The position numbers were made by a program, and so were the translations under genes. Positions 30,695 to 40,062 of a stretch of 64,000 nt of DNA are shown here, one piece after another (position 1 is the stretch's first letter; every line of letters starts with the position of its first letter). Origin of the DNA: an uncultured Phycisphaerales bacterium (lineage in GTDB: Bacteria; Planctomycetota; Phycisphaerae; Tepidisphaerales; Tepidisphaeraceae); the NCBI GenBank assembly GCA_963758525.1, contig CAVWVQ010000001.1:320001-384000 (forward strand). The letters run 5' to 3'. Below the pieces are notes generated by a model, which saw only the letters and a program-made list of their open reading frames with translations, was not told the DNA's origin and ran no database searches.

Positions 30695-30724
30695 TTGACG
30701 ATATTCGTTATAACGACTATTGTC
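30695..30724 (+). promoter_or_regulatory. Sigma70 promoter with overlapping palindromic operator upstream of the marR-like gene
   Basis: TTGACG-N17-TATTGT; perfect palindrome TCGTTATAACGA (30705-30716) within a 28-bp near-palindrome. Confidence 0.75.
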
Positions 30725-30729
30725 CGTGC

Positions 30730-31223
30730 GTGGCGAAGTTGAAGGACGAGATAGGAAAGGTTCAGCCGTTCGAGTTGATCGAACAGGAGGCTATGCTGAG
30801 CCTGTTGCGCACGGCTGATGCGCTCTCGCGTCCTTTTGAAGAGCTTTCCAAAGGGACCGGCCTCTCGGGGACGCAGTACAACGTGCTGCGCATTCTCGCG
30901 GCGCCGGGGAGGACGGTCTTCCCTGCGGCCAGATCATCGAGCGCATGATCACTCGCGATCCTGACATGACGCGCATGCTCGATCGGCTGGAGAAGCGCCA
31001 CCTGATCGCCAGGTCACGCGATGCCGACGACCGGCGCGTGGTGCGGGCGAGCATCAGCAGGAAAGGGCTCTCGCTTCTGGCCGAGCTGGACGAGCCGGTG
31101 CTGGAAATGCATCGGCGACAACTCGGGCACATGGGAAAAAGCCGGCTGCGGCAACTGATCAAGCTGCTGGAAGAAGCCCGCGGCGACTCGAATGCTCCAC
31201 CGAGTACATGTGATGGTCATTAA
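30730..31223 (+). CDS. MarR-family transcriptional regulator (frameshift near 30903)
   Basis: GLSGTQYNVLRIL, then MITRDPDMTRMLDRLEKRHLIARSRDADDRRVV. Confidence 0.9.
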
Positions 31224-31288
31224 ATGATTTATCGAGCCGGGACGTTCGTCCTGGCACTATTTTTTCTCATGTTTCAAGGAAGGAATGT

Positions 31289-31876
31289 ATGAATTTTCAA
31301 AGACGCCCAATCGTGTTGTCTGCGATCGTTATCGGTTTGCTCGCCGTCGGTCAGGCGCGGGCGGCGGATACGTTTAAGATCGACCCCGTCCACTCGACCG
31401 CGATCTTCCGCATCAGCCATCTCGGATCGAGTTTTGTCTATGGCCGCTTCGATGACGTCGGTGGCACGTTTACGGTGGACGAGCAAAAGGCCGACGACGT
31501 GCACTTTGACGTCAGCATCAAGGCGGACAGCGTCGACACGAACAACGCTGCGCGGGACAAGCATCTGAAGAGCGCCGATTTCTTCTCCGTCAATGAATTC
31601 CCGACGCTCACGTTCAAGAGCACCGCGGTGAAAAGCGATGGCGACAAGAAGTATGACGTTACCGGCGATCTCACGATTCACGGCGTCACCAAGAGCGTAA
31701 ACGCGAAAGTCGATTTCGTCGGCACCGCCGATGCGACGAAAATGAAAATGGGATTCCGGGCCGGGTACGAAGCACACCTGACGATCAAGCGATCCGACTT
31801 CGGCATGGACAAGATGGTTCCCATGATCGGAGATGAAGTGCAGCTCACCGTGAGCCTGGAAGGCGTGAAGGAGTAG
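31289..31876 (+). CDS. YceI family protein
   Basis: FKIDPVHS, GRF, SVDTNNAARDKHLKSADFF, GDLTIHGVTK, IKRSDFG. Confidence 0.95.
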   Translation: MNFQRRPIVLSAIVIGLLAVGQARAADTFKIDPVHSTAIFRISHLGSSFVYGRFDDVGGTFTVDEQKADDVHFDVSIKADSVDTNNAARDKHLKSADFFSVNEFPTLTFKSTAVKSDGDKKYDVTGDLTIHGVTKSVNAKVDFVGTADATKMKMGFRAGYEAHLTIKRSDFGMDKMVPMIGDEVQLTVSLEGVKE

Positions 31877-31882
31877 TGGAGG

Positions 31883-32067
31883 AGGGTTCAGGGTGTCAGG
31901 GTTCAGGGTTCAGGGAAGAATGGATCTCCTGAACCCTGGCACGATAAACCTGAACCTAGCGGAAGAGAGTTGAGGGTGTCAGGGTGTAGGGGTTCAGGGT
32001 TCAGGGTTCAGGGAAGAATGGATCGCCTGAACCCTGACACCCTGAACCCTGAACCCTTACTGAACCT
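31883..32067. repeat. Two tandem hairpins built from AGGGTTC/GAACCCT heptamer arrays
   Basis: Each unit is (AGGGTTC)n-AGGGAAGAATGGATC-(CTGAACC)n; a short single arm also occurs at about 20190-20208. Confidence 0.9.
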
Positions 32068-32090
32068 CATTTGGCCCCAAGCTCTTTCCA

Positions 32091-33080
32091 ATGCTTACAC
32101 CAACAGATCTTCTATACGGCGTGCTCCTTCCGTTCGTGCTGGCGACTGTCATCCTGCTGGTCGCCTGGCGACCCTGGAGAAGAACGGGCAGGGCGCCGAG
32201 CCGTTGGGGCGGACCGCTCGCGGCCGGTATGACGTTCGCCGGGACATTTGCACTGCTGCAGGGGCCACTCCATGTGCTGAGACCGGGCAGCGCAACTATG
32301 TGGCTGTTCTATCTTGACCTGGGATTCATGCTCCTCGGGCTGGCTGATTCGATACTGCAGCTCCCTCACGTCGTACGTGGCATCGTGCTGTTTGGCGGCG
32401 CCGTGGCGGCGGCGGGGTTGCTGCTGAAATTCAACTTCTCCAATCAGACGTGGGATGCGTTGCACGGCGCTCTGTGGCTCGGCGGGATCGCCGCGATCAC
32501 GCTGTTGTGGTGGGCATCGTTTGAGCAAGCAGCCGTCGGAGGCGGGATGACCGCTCCGCTCGCGATGGCGGCCGTCAGCGGCGTCAGCGCGCTGATCATT
32601 GCGGTACTTGTCGAACAGACCACCGGGCAGGCACTGGGGGCGATGGCGGTTGCGTTGACGGTTGCAGTCGTTCTGGCGGCGTGGGCGCGGCGCGCTTCCG
32701 TCGAGCGTGGAACAGCAATGGTGGTCGCCGGCATCGGCGTCAGCGCGCTGGCGGCGGCGTACTTCATTTCATCGCTGCCGGTTCAATACGTTTTGATTCT
32801 CGCGACCGCTCCGGTAACACTTTGGGTCGGCCGAATTCCCGCCATTCGCCGATTGCGCCCGTGGCCGCGCGTCATGGTTCTCATCGGATTGCTGCTCATC
32901 CCCCTTGGAATCGCCGCAGGGCTGGCAATCGCCCAGGCGAAACGTGACGCGACACTGAATGGCGACCAATATTCGTTCGATTCCTTCTCTCCTTACTATT
33001 CACAGTGCGCTGGGCACTTGGGAGGAAGTTTTTCGGATTTGCCGTTAATGCCGAATTTAACGACGCTGTCGACGCACTAA
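32091..33080 (+). CDS. Hypothetical multi-pass membrane protein
   Basis: About 10 hydrophobic segments; no family recognised. Confidence 0.75.
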   Translation: MLTPTDLLYGVLLPFVLATVILLVAWRPWRRTGRAPSRWGGPLAAGMTFAGTFALLQGPLHVLRPGSATMWLFYLDLGFMLLGLADSILQLPHVVRGIVLFGGAVAAAGLLLKFNFSNQTWDALHGALWLGGIAAITLLWWASFEQAAVGGGMTAPLAMAAVSGVSALIIAVLVEQTTGQALGAMAVALTVAVVLAAWARRASVERGTAMVVAGIGVSALAAAYFISSLPVQYVLILATAPVTLWVGRIPAIRRLRPWPRVMVLIGLLLIPLGIAAGLAIAQAKRDATLNGDQYSFDSFSPYYSQCAGHLGGSFSDLPLMPNLTTLSTH

Positions 33081-33390
33081 GGTTCGTTTACCCGGCTGAG
33101 ACGCAGCGCGCTTGAGCGTCATCTCACACCCGAGGAACGAGCGCATTCTTGGACGTCTTGCGGTGATCGACCCTCTGCCGATAATGAAATGAATCGCGCG
33201 ATGACGCGCCCTTGCGGAAAATCGCCTGTTCTCGGGGCAGCCGCTCAACGAGTTTCGGAAGCGCGGAATCACGGAAGTTTTTGACCGCCATATCGTACTG
33301 TATCTATATCCAGACGCCGCGCCCGGGAGTCCCGGAAAGTCGCCGAGCGGGGATTCGGGGCGTGTTCTTAACCAACTTTGAGGTGCTGAA

Positions 33391-34038
33391 ATGTTCGTGG
33401 AATTGCTTGAAGGTCGTACTCTGATGTCAGTCACACCGGTCAACACAACGGTGAAGATCGACCGGCTGGAAGTGAAGGCGGATCTGCTCAAGTTTCGCTC
33501 CGACCTCGCTTCCACCAGTGCGACGACTCTCGCTGACGTTGACACGCTGCGCAATGACGGGCTGAAAAATGACGCAGCTCTGAAGCCGCTGTTCAAGACG
33601 TTCCGGTCCGACGTGAAGAAGATGCATATGGCCTTGTTCTCTGACAATCTGAATGAGAGGGTCAACGTTTTGACGGATCAACTGGCGATCGTCAGAGAGC
33701 AAATTCAGATCCTCAGGGATCATGGGAATTCGACCGCGCTGACCGCCGATCGCGCGAGCTTGCTGGCCGATCGCGTGAAATTGCAGACCGACGAAATCGC
33801 GGGTCTCGACTCGCGCATCACCACCCGGCAAACGTTCTTCACAACTTTGTCGAACGACATCAATAATCTGGTCACCGCCGCCGAATCCGATCCCAACGCG
33901 TCGCCGCAGTTGCAGACGGATATTTCCAAGTTCGCGACCGATCGCAGCGCTACGTTGGCAACGCTGAGCGATGATCTGTCAACCATCGCTTCCGCCCGCA
34001 CGCAGCTTGCGGGAGACCTGATGGCGCTGGAAACCTGA
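33391..34038 (+). CDS. Planctomycete LEPRxLL-type leader protein with helical/coiled-coil body
   Basis: Starts MFVELLEGRTLMS after a GAGGTG Shine-Dalgarno-like site; D/L/T-rich heptads. Confidence 0.8.
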   Translation: MFVELLEGRTLMSVTPVNTTVKIDRLEVKADLLKFRSDLASTSATTLADVDTLRNDGLKNDAALKPLFKTFRSDVKKMHMALFSDNLNERVNVLTDQLAIVREQIQILRDHGNSTALTADRASLLADRVKLQTDEIAGLDSRITTRQTFFTTLSNDINNLVTAAESDPNASPQLQTDISKFATDRSATLATLSDDLSTIASARTQLAGDLMALET

Positions 34039-34262
34039 TCGCCAACGGCGGTTTTCGACGTTTAGTGAAGGCCAAGCGGCATCCATCGTGATCGACCATT
34101 GCGTCGGCGCGATGGATGCCGGCATTTTCGGCCTATCCCATTTCGATCTCCGTCACGACGGGTGCGTTCTCCGCCGCTCAAATCCGCATGAGGGGCGCCT
34201 CCACAAAAGCGCGCGGAGATGCAAAGTTGCCAAGCACTGGCTCCTGGATTTAAGCTTCCGGC

Positions 34263-35699
34263 ATGGCAATTGACTTTAGCGCTCTTCGCAAACAACTCGT
34301 CGCGGCCGGGCAGGAGCAGGTGCTGCGATTCACGGACCAACTGGATCATGCGGGGCAGGCACAGCTTGCCGCGCAGTTGATGGCGTTGGAGCTGCCGCGG
34401 ATCGCGGAATTGGCTGACGCTTACGTTCGGCAGAAGCCGGAGGTGAAGCTGCCAGTGAAGATGGATCCGGTCGATGTCTACCCGCGCGAGCCGGGGGAGA
34501 AGCATCGCGCGCTCTATGCCGACGCGCGGAAGAAGGGTGAGGAACTGCTGCGGGCGGGGAAGATCGCCGCGTTTCTGGTGGCCGGGGGACAGGGGACTCG
34601 GCTGGGGTACGACGGGCCCAAGGGGGAGTATCCGGTCACGCCGATCAAGAGCAAGCCGCTGTTCATGGTGTTTGCCGAGCAGTTGCTGAACCACGAGCGG
34701 ACCTATGGCAGGCGCGTGCCGTGGTACGTGATGACCAGCGATGTGAACGACGCGCCGACGCGGGCATTTTTCAAGAAGAACGCCTACTTCGGCTATTCGC
34801 CGGACGATGTGATTTTTTTCCAGCAGGGAATGATGCCGGCCTTTTCGATGGACGGGAAAATGCTCCTGGGGGCGAAGGACTCGCTGGCGCTCTCCCCCGA
34901 CGGGCACGGCGGAAGCCTGCGGGCGTTGCAGCGCAGCGGAGCACTGGCCGACATGCGGCGTCGGGGCGTGGAGCATCTTTCGTATTTTCAGGTCGACAAC
35001 CCGATGGTCTATTGCATCGATCCGCTCTTCATGGGCCTGCACGCGCTGACGGGCAGCGAAATGAGCAGCAAGATGGTTCCCAAGGTGGGACCGCTGGAAA
35101 AGGTCGGCAACTTTGTCTTCGCGGACGGCTCCGTGCAGGTGATCGAATACAGCGATTTGCCCGACTCGTTTGCGAAGCAGACGAATCCCGATGGGAGCCT
35201 GCGATTCGACGCCGGGTCGATCGCGATTCATGCGCTGGCCGTCTCGTTTGTCGAGCGGTTGAACACCGGCGGCGATCTGAAGCTCCCCTGGCATCGCGCG
35301 GAGAAGAAGGTTTCGCATGTCGACGAGAAGGGGCAGATGATCAAGCCGGACAAGGTGAACGCGGTGAAGCTGGAGCAGTTTGTTTTCGACGCGATCCCGC
35401 TGGCGAAGAACGCGATCGTGTACGCGACGGAGCGCGCGGAGGAATTTTCGCCGGTGAAAAACGCCGAGGGAGTCGACTCCCCCGCCACCTGCCGGCGGGA
35501 TCAGATCCGTCGCGCGGCGCGCTGGCTGAAATCCGCCGGCGTAAGCATCCCCGAGGAGAACAACGAGCCGGCCGCGACGATTGAAATTTCGCCGCTGTAT
35601 GCGGTGAGTCCGGAGCAGGTCCGGCAGCGCACCGGCAAGGTGGAGGTGAAGGCGGGATCGGTTATTTATTTCGGAGGCAACGGGGTGGAGCAGGCGTGA
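34263..35699 (+). CDS. UDPGP type 1 family nucleotidyltransferase (UAP1-like UDP-GlcNAc pyrophosphorylase)
   Basis: VAGGQGTRLGYDGPKG, YVMTS, FQQG, SPDGHGG, QVDN, EKVG, VIEYSD, KLEQFVFD, EEFSPVKN. Confidence 0.92.
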   Translation: MAIDFSALRKQLVAAGQEQVLRFTDQLDHAGQAQLAAQLMALELPRIAELADAYVRQKPEVKLPVKMDPVDVYPREPGEKHRALYADARKKGEELLRAGKIAAFLVAGGQGTRLGYDGPKGEYPVTPIKSKPLFMVFAEQLLNHERTYGRRVPWYVMTSDVNDAPTRAFFKKNAYFGYSPDDVIFFQQGMMPAFSMDGKMLLGAKDSLALSPDGHGGSLRALQRSGALADMRRRGVEHLSYFQVDNPMVYCIDPLFMGLHALTGSEMSSKMVPKVGPLEKVGNFVFADGSVQVIEYSDLPDSFAKQTNPDGSLRFDAGSIAIHALAVSFVERLNTGGDLKLPWHRAEKKVSHVDEKGQMIKPDKVNAVKLEQFVFDAIPLAKNAIVYATERAEEFSPVKNAEGVDSPATCRRDQIRRAARWLKSAGVSIPEENNEPAATIEISPLYAVSPEQVRQRTGKVEVKAGSVIYFGGNGVEQA

Positions 35700-35732
35700 C
35701 GCAAGTCGCGACGCGAAGCTCGAAGGAGTGCT

Positions 35733-36202
35733 TCAACGCGCTGGCGCCGGATACAGCCGATCGAACACGGCTCGATCCGATGGATCATCCAATCGCTCAG
35801 CGGCCGACTCGGCGAGCTGATACTGGGCGCGTGCTTCGTCGATCCGCCCGACGGCAGCGTAAGCCGCTGAGGCGCAGCCATGCGCGGTCGCCCGGTCAAA
35901 CGCGGTTTGGGCGTCGCCAGCGTTGCGACTCAGGGCGAGGCACCGCTCCGCGTGCCGAACGGCGGCTTCGCCCAGACCGGCCCTGGCATATGCGGTGGCC
36001 AACAGACATTGGGCTCGCAAGTGGTTCAGAAGACCGCCTGCTTCGAGCCAATGAAAGCAGGCTCCGTGGGCGGCGTGGATCATGCGTTCGGCATCCTCTG
36101 CCGACCGTTGCTCCGCCTCCGCCAAGCTCCAGGCAATATATTGTTCAGCTCAACGGCGAACCATCGGTGAGCGGTTTTCAGATCGAAGGGTGGTTTGGCC
36201 AT
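35733..36202 (-). CDS. Conserved-looking TPR-like hypothetical protein (frameshift near 36140)
   Basis: MAKPPFDLKTAHRWFAVELNN joins IAWSLAEAEQRS...MIHAAHGACFHW if 2 extra nt are removed. Confidence 0.65.
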
Positions 36203-36225
36203 AGCACGCGCTCTGATTGGCAATT

Positions 36226-36552
36226 TCAAAGGTTCGCAATCGCCTGTAGCGTCTCGCGGGTCTTCGGGCCGAAACGCGAGATCTCTTCATCGGTGAGCAG
36301 CTGCAGCCAATGCATCCGCGCAAGCTGCACCATCGCCGTGGAACGGCGCGGATTGTTAAAGGAATTTGCGATCTCGTCGTCACCGAGATGCAAATGCTTG
36401 AAAACAGCCAGGTATCGCTCGTGGCTCGATTGCTGCGATTGCGAGGCAATTGATGTCATCTCCGACAGAATGCCTTCGCAGAGACGCTCCAAGGCAATCG
36501 CCCGCAACTGGCGGAAGATCTTCCAATCGGATTCAGGCATTTCGAGCGACAT
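36226..36552 (-). CDS. Hypothetical protein
   Basis: ESDWKIFRQLRAIALERLC...SHERYL...FNNPRRS; coding-like, function unknown. Confidence 0.75.
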   Translation of the reverse strand: MSLEMPESDWKIFRQLRAIALERLCEGILSEMTSIASQSQQSSHERYLAVFKHLHLGDDEIANSFNNPRRSTAMVQLARMHWLQLLTDEEISRFGPKTRETLQAIANL

Positions 36553-36662
36553 GTGAGGGAAACGCTGCCGGACTGCGACCCGGATGAAATATCACTCCGA
36601 ATGAATGAGTGTGACCACCCGAACCAATGGGCGAGGCGACCATCATGGAGCGTCTTGCGCAT

Positions 36663-36718
36663 TGTGGTGCAGGCTTCCAGCATGCCCTTTAAGAAGCAGG
36701 CTGGAAGGCTGCACCACA
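36663..36718. repeat. REP-like doublet, TGTGGTGCAGG family
   Basis: Inverted arms as at 14745. Confidence 0.88.
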
Positions 36719-36884
36719 ACAAGACGAAGATGCCTCGTACACTCGACTTGGGCCCACGCCCGCGTGTGCATTCAATTGCGTCGCACGCGAACCGATCCGC
36801 GTTCCAATTTCACGGCCGCTTTCTCCTTGCGACCCGTTGCGATCGCGGGGATGCTCCGTCCCAACGATCGCGGTACCGAATCCA

Positions 36885-38198
36885 ATGGCAAATCCACAAC
36901 CGTCGCTAGATGCGGCTAAAAATGCAGATTTGGACGGCCCGGCACTCGCCTGGTGGACCGGCACGCCGCTGTATCTGCGGATCCTTGCCGGGCTGGCGCT
37001 CGGCGTGGTCGTCGGGATGCTCGTGAAGCATCACAATCAGGCGTATGGCATCGCGCCTGACGACAGCCGACTGCTCGCAATCCTCTATCAGCCCAGCACC
37101 TTAATCCTGAAGGCGCTGGGCGCGCTCGCTCCGCCGCTGATCCTCGTGGCGGTGCTCGACACGCTGATCAAAGCGCGCCTTGCCGGAGGCGTGGCGCGGC
37201 GGATGGCGTTCCTGCTCGTGCTCAATACGGTCATGGCGATCCTGATCGGCCTGCTCGTGGCCAACGTGATCCGGCCGGGAGCCTGGTCGAAGATCGATCT
37301 GCCGACCAAGGCAGCGGCCGTGCAAACCGGGCACCACGTCGACCCCGTGGCAGAACTGCTGAAGAACGTCCCCGAAAGCCTGCTCGAGCCGCTCGTCAAC
37401 AACAATGTGATCGGGATCATTCTCATCGGCATTGCCTTCGGCGTCGCGCTGCGGCGTCTGCCGGCGGAGGACCGGGCGACGGCCGAGAGCATGGTGGGGG
37501 TCGCGTTCAAGGCGATTGTCATCGTGCTGCACTGGGTGATCGAACTGGTGCCAATCGGCGTTTTCGGCATCGTCAGCCATGTGGTCGGCACTGCTGGATT
37601 CGCGCCGTTCAAGGCGCTGGGCGCGTTTGTTCTGGCGGTATTGATCGGGCTGTTTCTGCAGCTCGGATGGTATCTGACCCGCATCGGCCTGGGCACCTGG
37701 CTCCGGCCGGCGCGAGTGCTGGCCGGGATGAAAGACGCGATCGTCATGGCGTTTTCCACCGACAGTTCCACCGCCACGATGCCCGTCACGTACGCCTGCC
37801 TCAAAAATAACGTCGGCATCCGCGAGGAATCGGCCCGCATCGGCGCGCTGGTCGGCACGAATTTCAATAACGACGGCACCGCCCTCTACGAGGCCATGGC
37901 CGCCCTTTTCGTCTCGCAACTGATCGGAATGCATCTGGGGCTCTGGCCTCAGGTCCTGGTGGTGCTCACGAGCATCGTCGCCAGCATCGGCGCGGCAGGC
38001 ATTCCCGAAGCCGGGCTGGTGACGATGACACTGGTGTTCGGTGCCGTCGGCCTCCCTCCGGAATACATCGGCATGCTGTTGACGGTCGACTGGTTTCTCG
38101 ACCGGAGCCGAACCGTCGTGAACATGATGGGCGACGTAAACGTCAGTTGCATGCTGGACGGGAAAACGCCGCCGGGGGAAAGCGTCATCCCCGGTTAG
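36885..38198 (+). CDS. Dicarboxylate/amino acid:cation symporter (DAACS/GltP family)
   Basis: AFSTDSSTATMP, GTNFNNDGTALYE, SIGAAGIP, VDWFLDRSRTVVN. Confidence 0.95.
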   Translation: MANPQPSLDAAKNADLDGPALAWWTGTPLYLRILAGLALGVVVGMLVKHHNQAYGIAPDDSRLLAILYQPSTLILKALGALAPPLILVAVLDTLIKARLAGGVARRMAFLLVLNTVMAILIGLLVANVIRPGAWSKIDLPTKAAAVQTGHHVDPVAELLKNVPESLLEPLVNNNVIGIILIGIAFGVALRRLPAEDRATAESMVGVAFKAIVIVLHWVIELVPIGVFGIVSHVVGTAGFAPFKALGAFVLAVLIGLFLQLGWYLTRIGLGTWLRPARVLAGMKDAIVMAFSTDSSTATMPVTYACLKNNVGIREESARIGALVGTNFNNDGTALYEAMAALFVSQLIGMHLGLWPQVLVVLTSIVASIGAAGIPEAGLVTMTLVFGAVGLPPEYIGMLLTVDWFLDRSRTVVNMMGDVNVSCMLDGKTPPGESVIPG

Positions 38199-38303
38199 CC
38201 GCGACGCGAAGCGGAGCGTGTCCAGTGGTGCGCGCTTATATCTTCATGCGCGAGGCGCGAAAACGCGCCGTTGGACACGCTCCGCTGCGCGTCGCGGCTA
38301 ACC
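38193..38303. repeat. Inverted doublet GGTTAGCCGCGACGCG(C/A)AGCGGAGCG family
   Basis: About 31-bp arms; overlaps the symporter TAG stop; further copies at 50695-50803 and 53190-53217. Confidence 0.9.
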
Positions 38304-38382
38304 GCAGCGAAACAAGCGAGTGAGGGGCACGCAGGATCCGCGGGTATTCATCCGACAGTTACCGTCCCGCGTTTGCGCTGCT

Positions 38383-38485
38383 TCCCCCTCCCCTGGTACG
38401 CCGGGGGAGGGTTGGGGTGGGGGTTCGTCCGTCCGGCGGGCCATCGGGCGATTGAGGAGTCCCCGCCTGAAACCTCCCCCCAGCC
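38383..38485. repeat. CCCCTCCCC..TAC..GGGGAGGG repeat family, degenerate copy
   Basis: CCCCCTCCCCTGGTACGCCGGGGGAGGGTTGGGGTGGGGG ... CCTCCCCCCAGCC. Confidence 0.7.
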
Positions 38486-38524
38486 GATTTCATCTGCTAT
38501 AGTCCCTGCTCACGAGAGGAGCCC

Positions 38525-39085
38525 ATGGAGACTGTGATTCGCGGCAAGGCGTATGTGTTGGGCGATAATATCGACACCGACCAGATCATTCCGGCCAAGT
38601 ATCTGTCGTTTGATCCTTCGCTGCCGGACGAGCGGAAGTATTTTGGCATGTATGCGATGAGCAGCGTGCCGAACGGGCAGATGGGGCTGCCGCGGGGAGA
38701 CATCCCCTTCGTGCGGGAAAACGAATTCAAGAGCGATTACCGAATCATCGTTGGCGGCAAGAACTTTGGGTGCGGGTCCAGCCGCGAGCACGCGCCGCTG
38801 GCGTTGGCCGAGGCGGGCGTGCCGTGCGTCATCGCCGAGTTCTACGCGCGCATCTTCTTCCGCAACAGCGTCAACGGCGGATATCTGGTTCCGCTGGAGT
38901 CGGTCGAACGACTCGTTTCCAAGGTCCATACCGGCGACGAGCTGGAAGTGCACGTCATCGACGGATATGCGGTCAATCTGACCAGGAACGAACGCTACGT
39001 GCTGCGCCCGCCGGGCGAAGTGCTGCCGATCATCGAGGCCGGCGACGTTTTCAAATATGCGAAGCTGGCCGGGATGCTGAAATAA
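38525..39085 (+). CDS. leuD: 3-isopropylmalate dehydratase small subunit (LeuD-type)
   Basis: GDNIDTDQIIPAKYL, GKNFGCGSSREHAP, YARIFFRNSVNGG. Confidence 0.88.
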   Translation: METVIRGKAYVLGDNIDTDQIIPAKYLSFDPSLPDERKYFGMYAMSSVPNGQMGLPRGDIPFVRENEFKSDYRIIVGGKNFGCGSSREHAPLALAEAGVPCVIAEFYARIFFRNSVNGGYLVPLESVERLVSKVHTGDELEVHVIDGYAVNLTRNERYVLRPPGEVLPIIEAGDVFKYAKLAGMLK

Positions 39086-39090
39086 TTCGC

Positions 39091-39723
39091 ATGTCTGGAC
39101 CCGACGTCATCCTGATTGAGCACCCGGTCATCGCCACCAAGCTCGCGGAGTTGCGGGACGCCACCACCGACCATCGGCGGTTTCGATCACTGCTCGACGA
39201 GATCGCCACGCTGATGGTCTACGATGTGACGCGCGACTGGCCGACTCGGCCGCAGCCGATCCAGACGCCGCTCGAACCCACCATCGCCCACGTGCTGGCC
39301 CGCGATGTCACGATCGTTCCCATCCTCCGCGCGGGCCTGGGCATGTCCGACGGCGTCCTCCGCATTCTTCCCGAGGCGCGCGTCGGCCACATCGGAGTCT
39401 ATCGGGATGAACGGACCCTCCAGGCCGTCACCTACCTTCAAAAGCTTCCGCCGGACATTGCATCCACCGAAGTGATTTTGCTGGACCCGATGCTCGCCAC
39501 CGGCGGCAGCGCCTCTGTCGCGATCGCTCTGCTGAAGAAGGCCGGCGTGCAGGCGCTTCGTTTTGTCTGTCTCGTGGCCGCCCCGGAAGGAATCACGGCG
39601 GTCCGCGCCGCTCATCCGGACGTGCCGATCTACTGCGCCGCGATCGACCGGCAGCTCAACGAGAAGGGCTACATTCTGCCAGGGCTGGGAGACGCGGGGG
39701 ATCGGTTGTTTGGAACGCAGTGA
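39091..39723 (+). CDS. upp: Uracil phosphoribosyltransferase
   Basis: VPILRAGLGM, LLDPMLATGGS, GYILPGLGDAGDRLFGT. Confidence 0.97.
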   Translation: MSGPDVILIEHPVIATKLAELRDATTDHRRFRSLLDEIATLMVYDVTRDWPTRPQPIQTPLEPTIAHVLARDVTIVPILRAGLGMSDGVLRILPEARVGHIGVYRDERTLQAVTYLQKLPPDIASTEVILLDPMLATGGSASVAIALLKKAGVQALRFVCLVAAPEGITAVRAAHPDVPIYCAAIDRQLNEKGYILPGLGDAGDRLFGTQ

Positions 39724-39791
39724 GGACGGGAAAGGTTGCGTGGGAGGAGCGAGTAACGGCGATGCGAAGCGGCAAGGCGCGGGGCGCGGAC

Positions 39792-40062
39792 TAGGCTCTG
39801 TCTGAAAACCCTAAGTCCTCACGACGGCTCAGAATGGCTTTGGCCGCTAGGCGCCCTGGCGACATCAGGGTCCGTAGACCCTTTGAGCCGGGGCAACGAC
39901 GCGGACGAAGCCATTCTGAGCCGCCTCCGGTGGGCCGGATTCGATCCGCCTGCTTCGTTGTCGCCCCTTGATGGCTCTACGGAGCCGGACTGCGGGGCGA
40001 CGCCTCGCAGTCGAATCGAATCCGGCCCATCGTGAGGGCTTGGGGTTTTCAGACAGAGCCTA
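39792..40062. mobile_element. MITE-like non-autonomous element with about 35-bp terminal inverted repeats and TA ends
   Basis: TAGGCTCTGTCTGAAAACCC ... GGGTTTTCAGACAGAGCCTA (20 bp perfect, extends imperfectly); no credible ORF inside. Confidence 0.75.

Noticed and set aside
31883..32067. Possible CRISPR array
   Set aside because: Units are 7-bp microsatellites in inverted pairs with no constant repeat plus unique spacers, and no cas genes are present.
28979..35699. Functional link between the zeta-like kinase and the UDP-GlcNAc pyrophosphorylase
   Set aside because: The pyrophosphorylase lies outside the islet with unrelated genes in between; proximity is probably coincidental.
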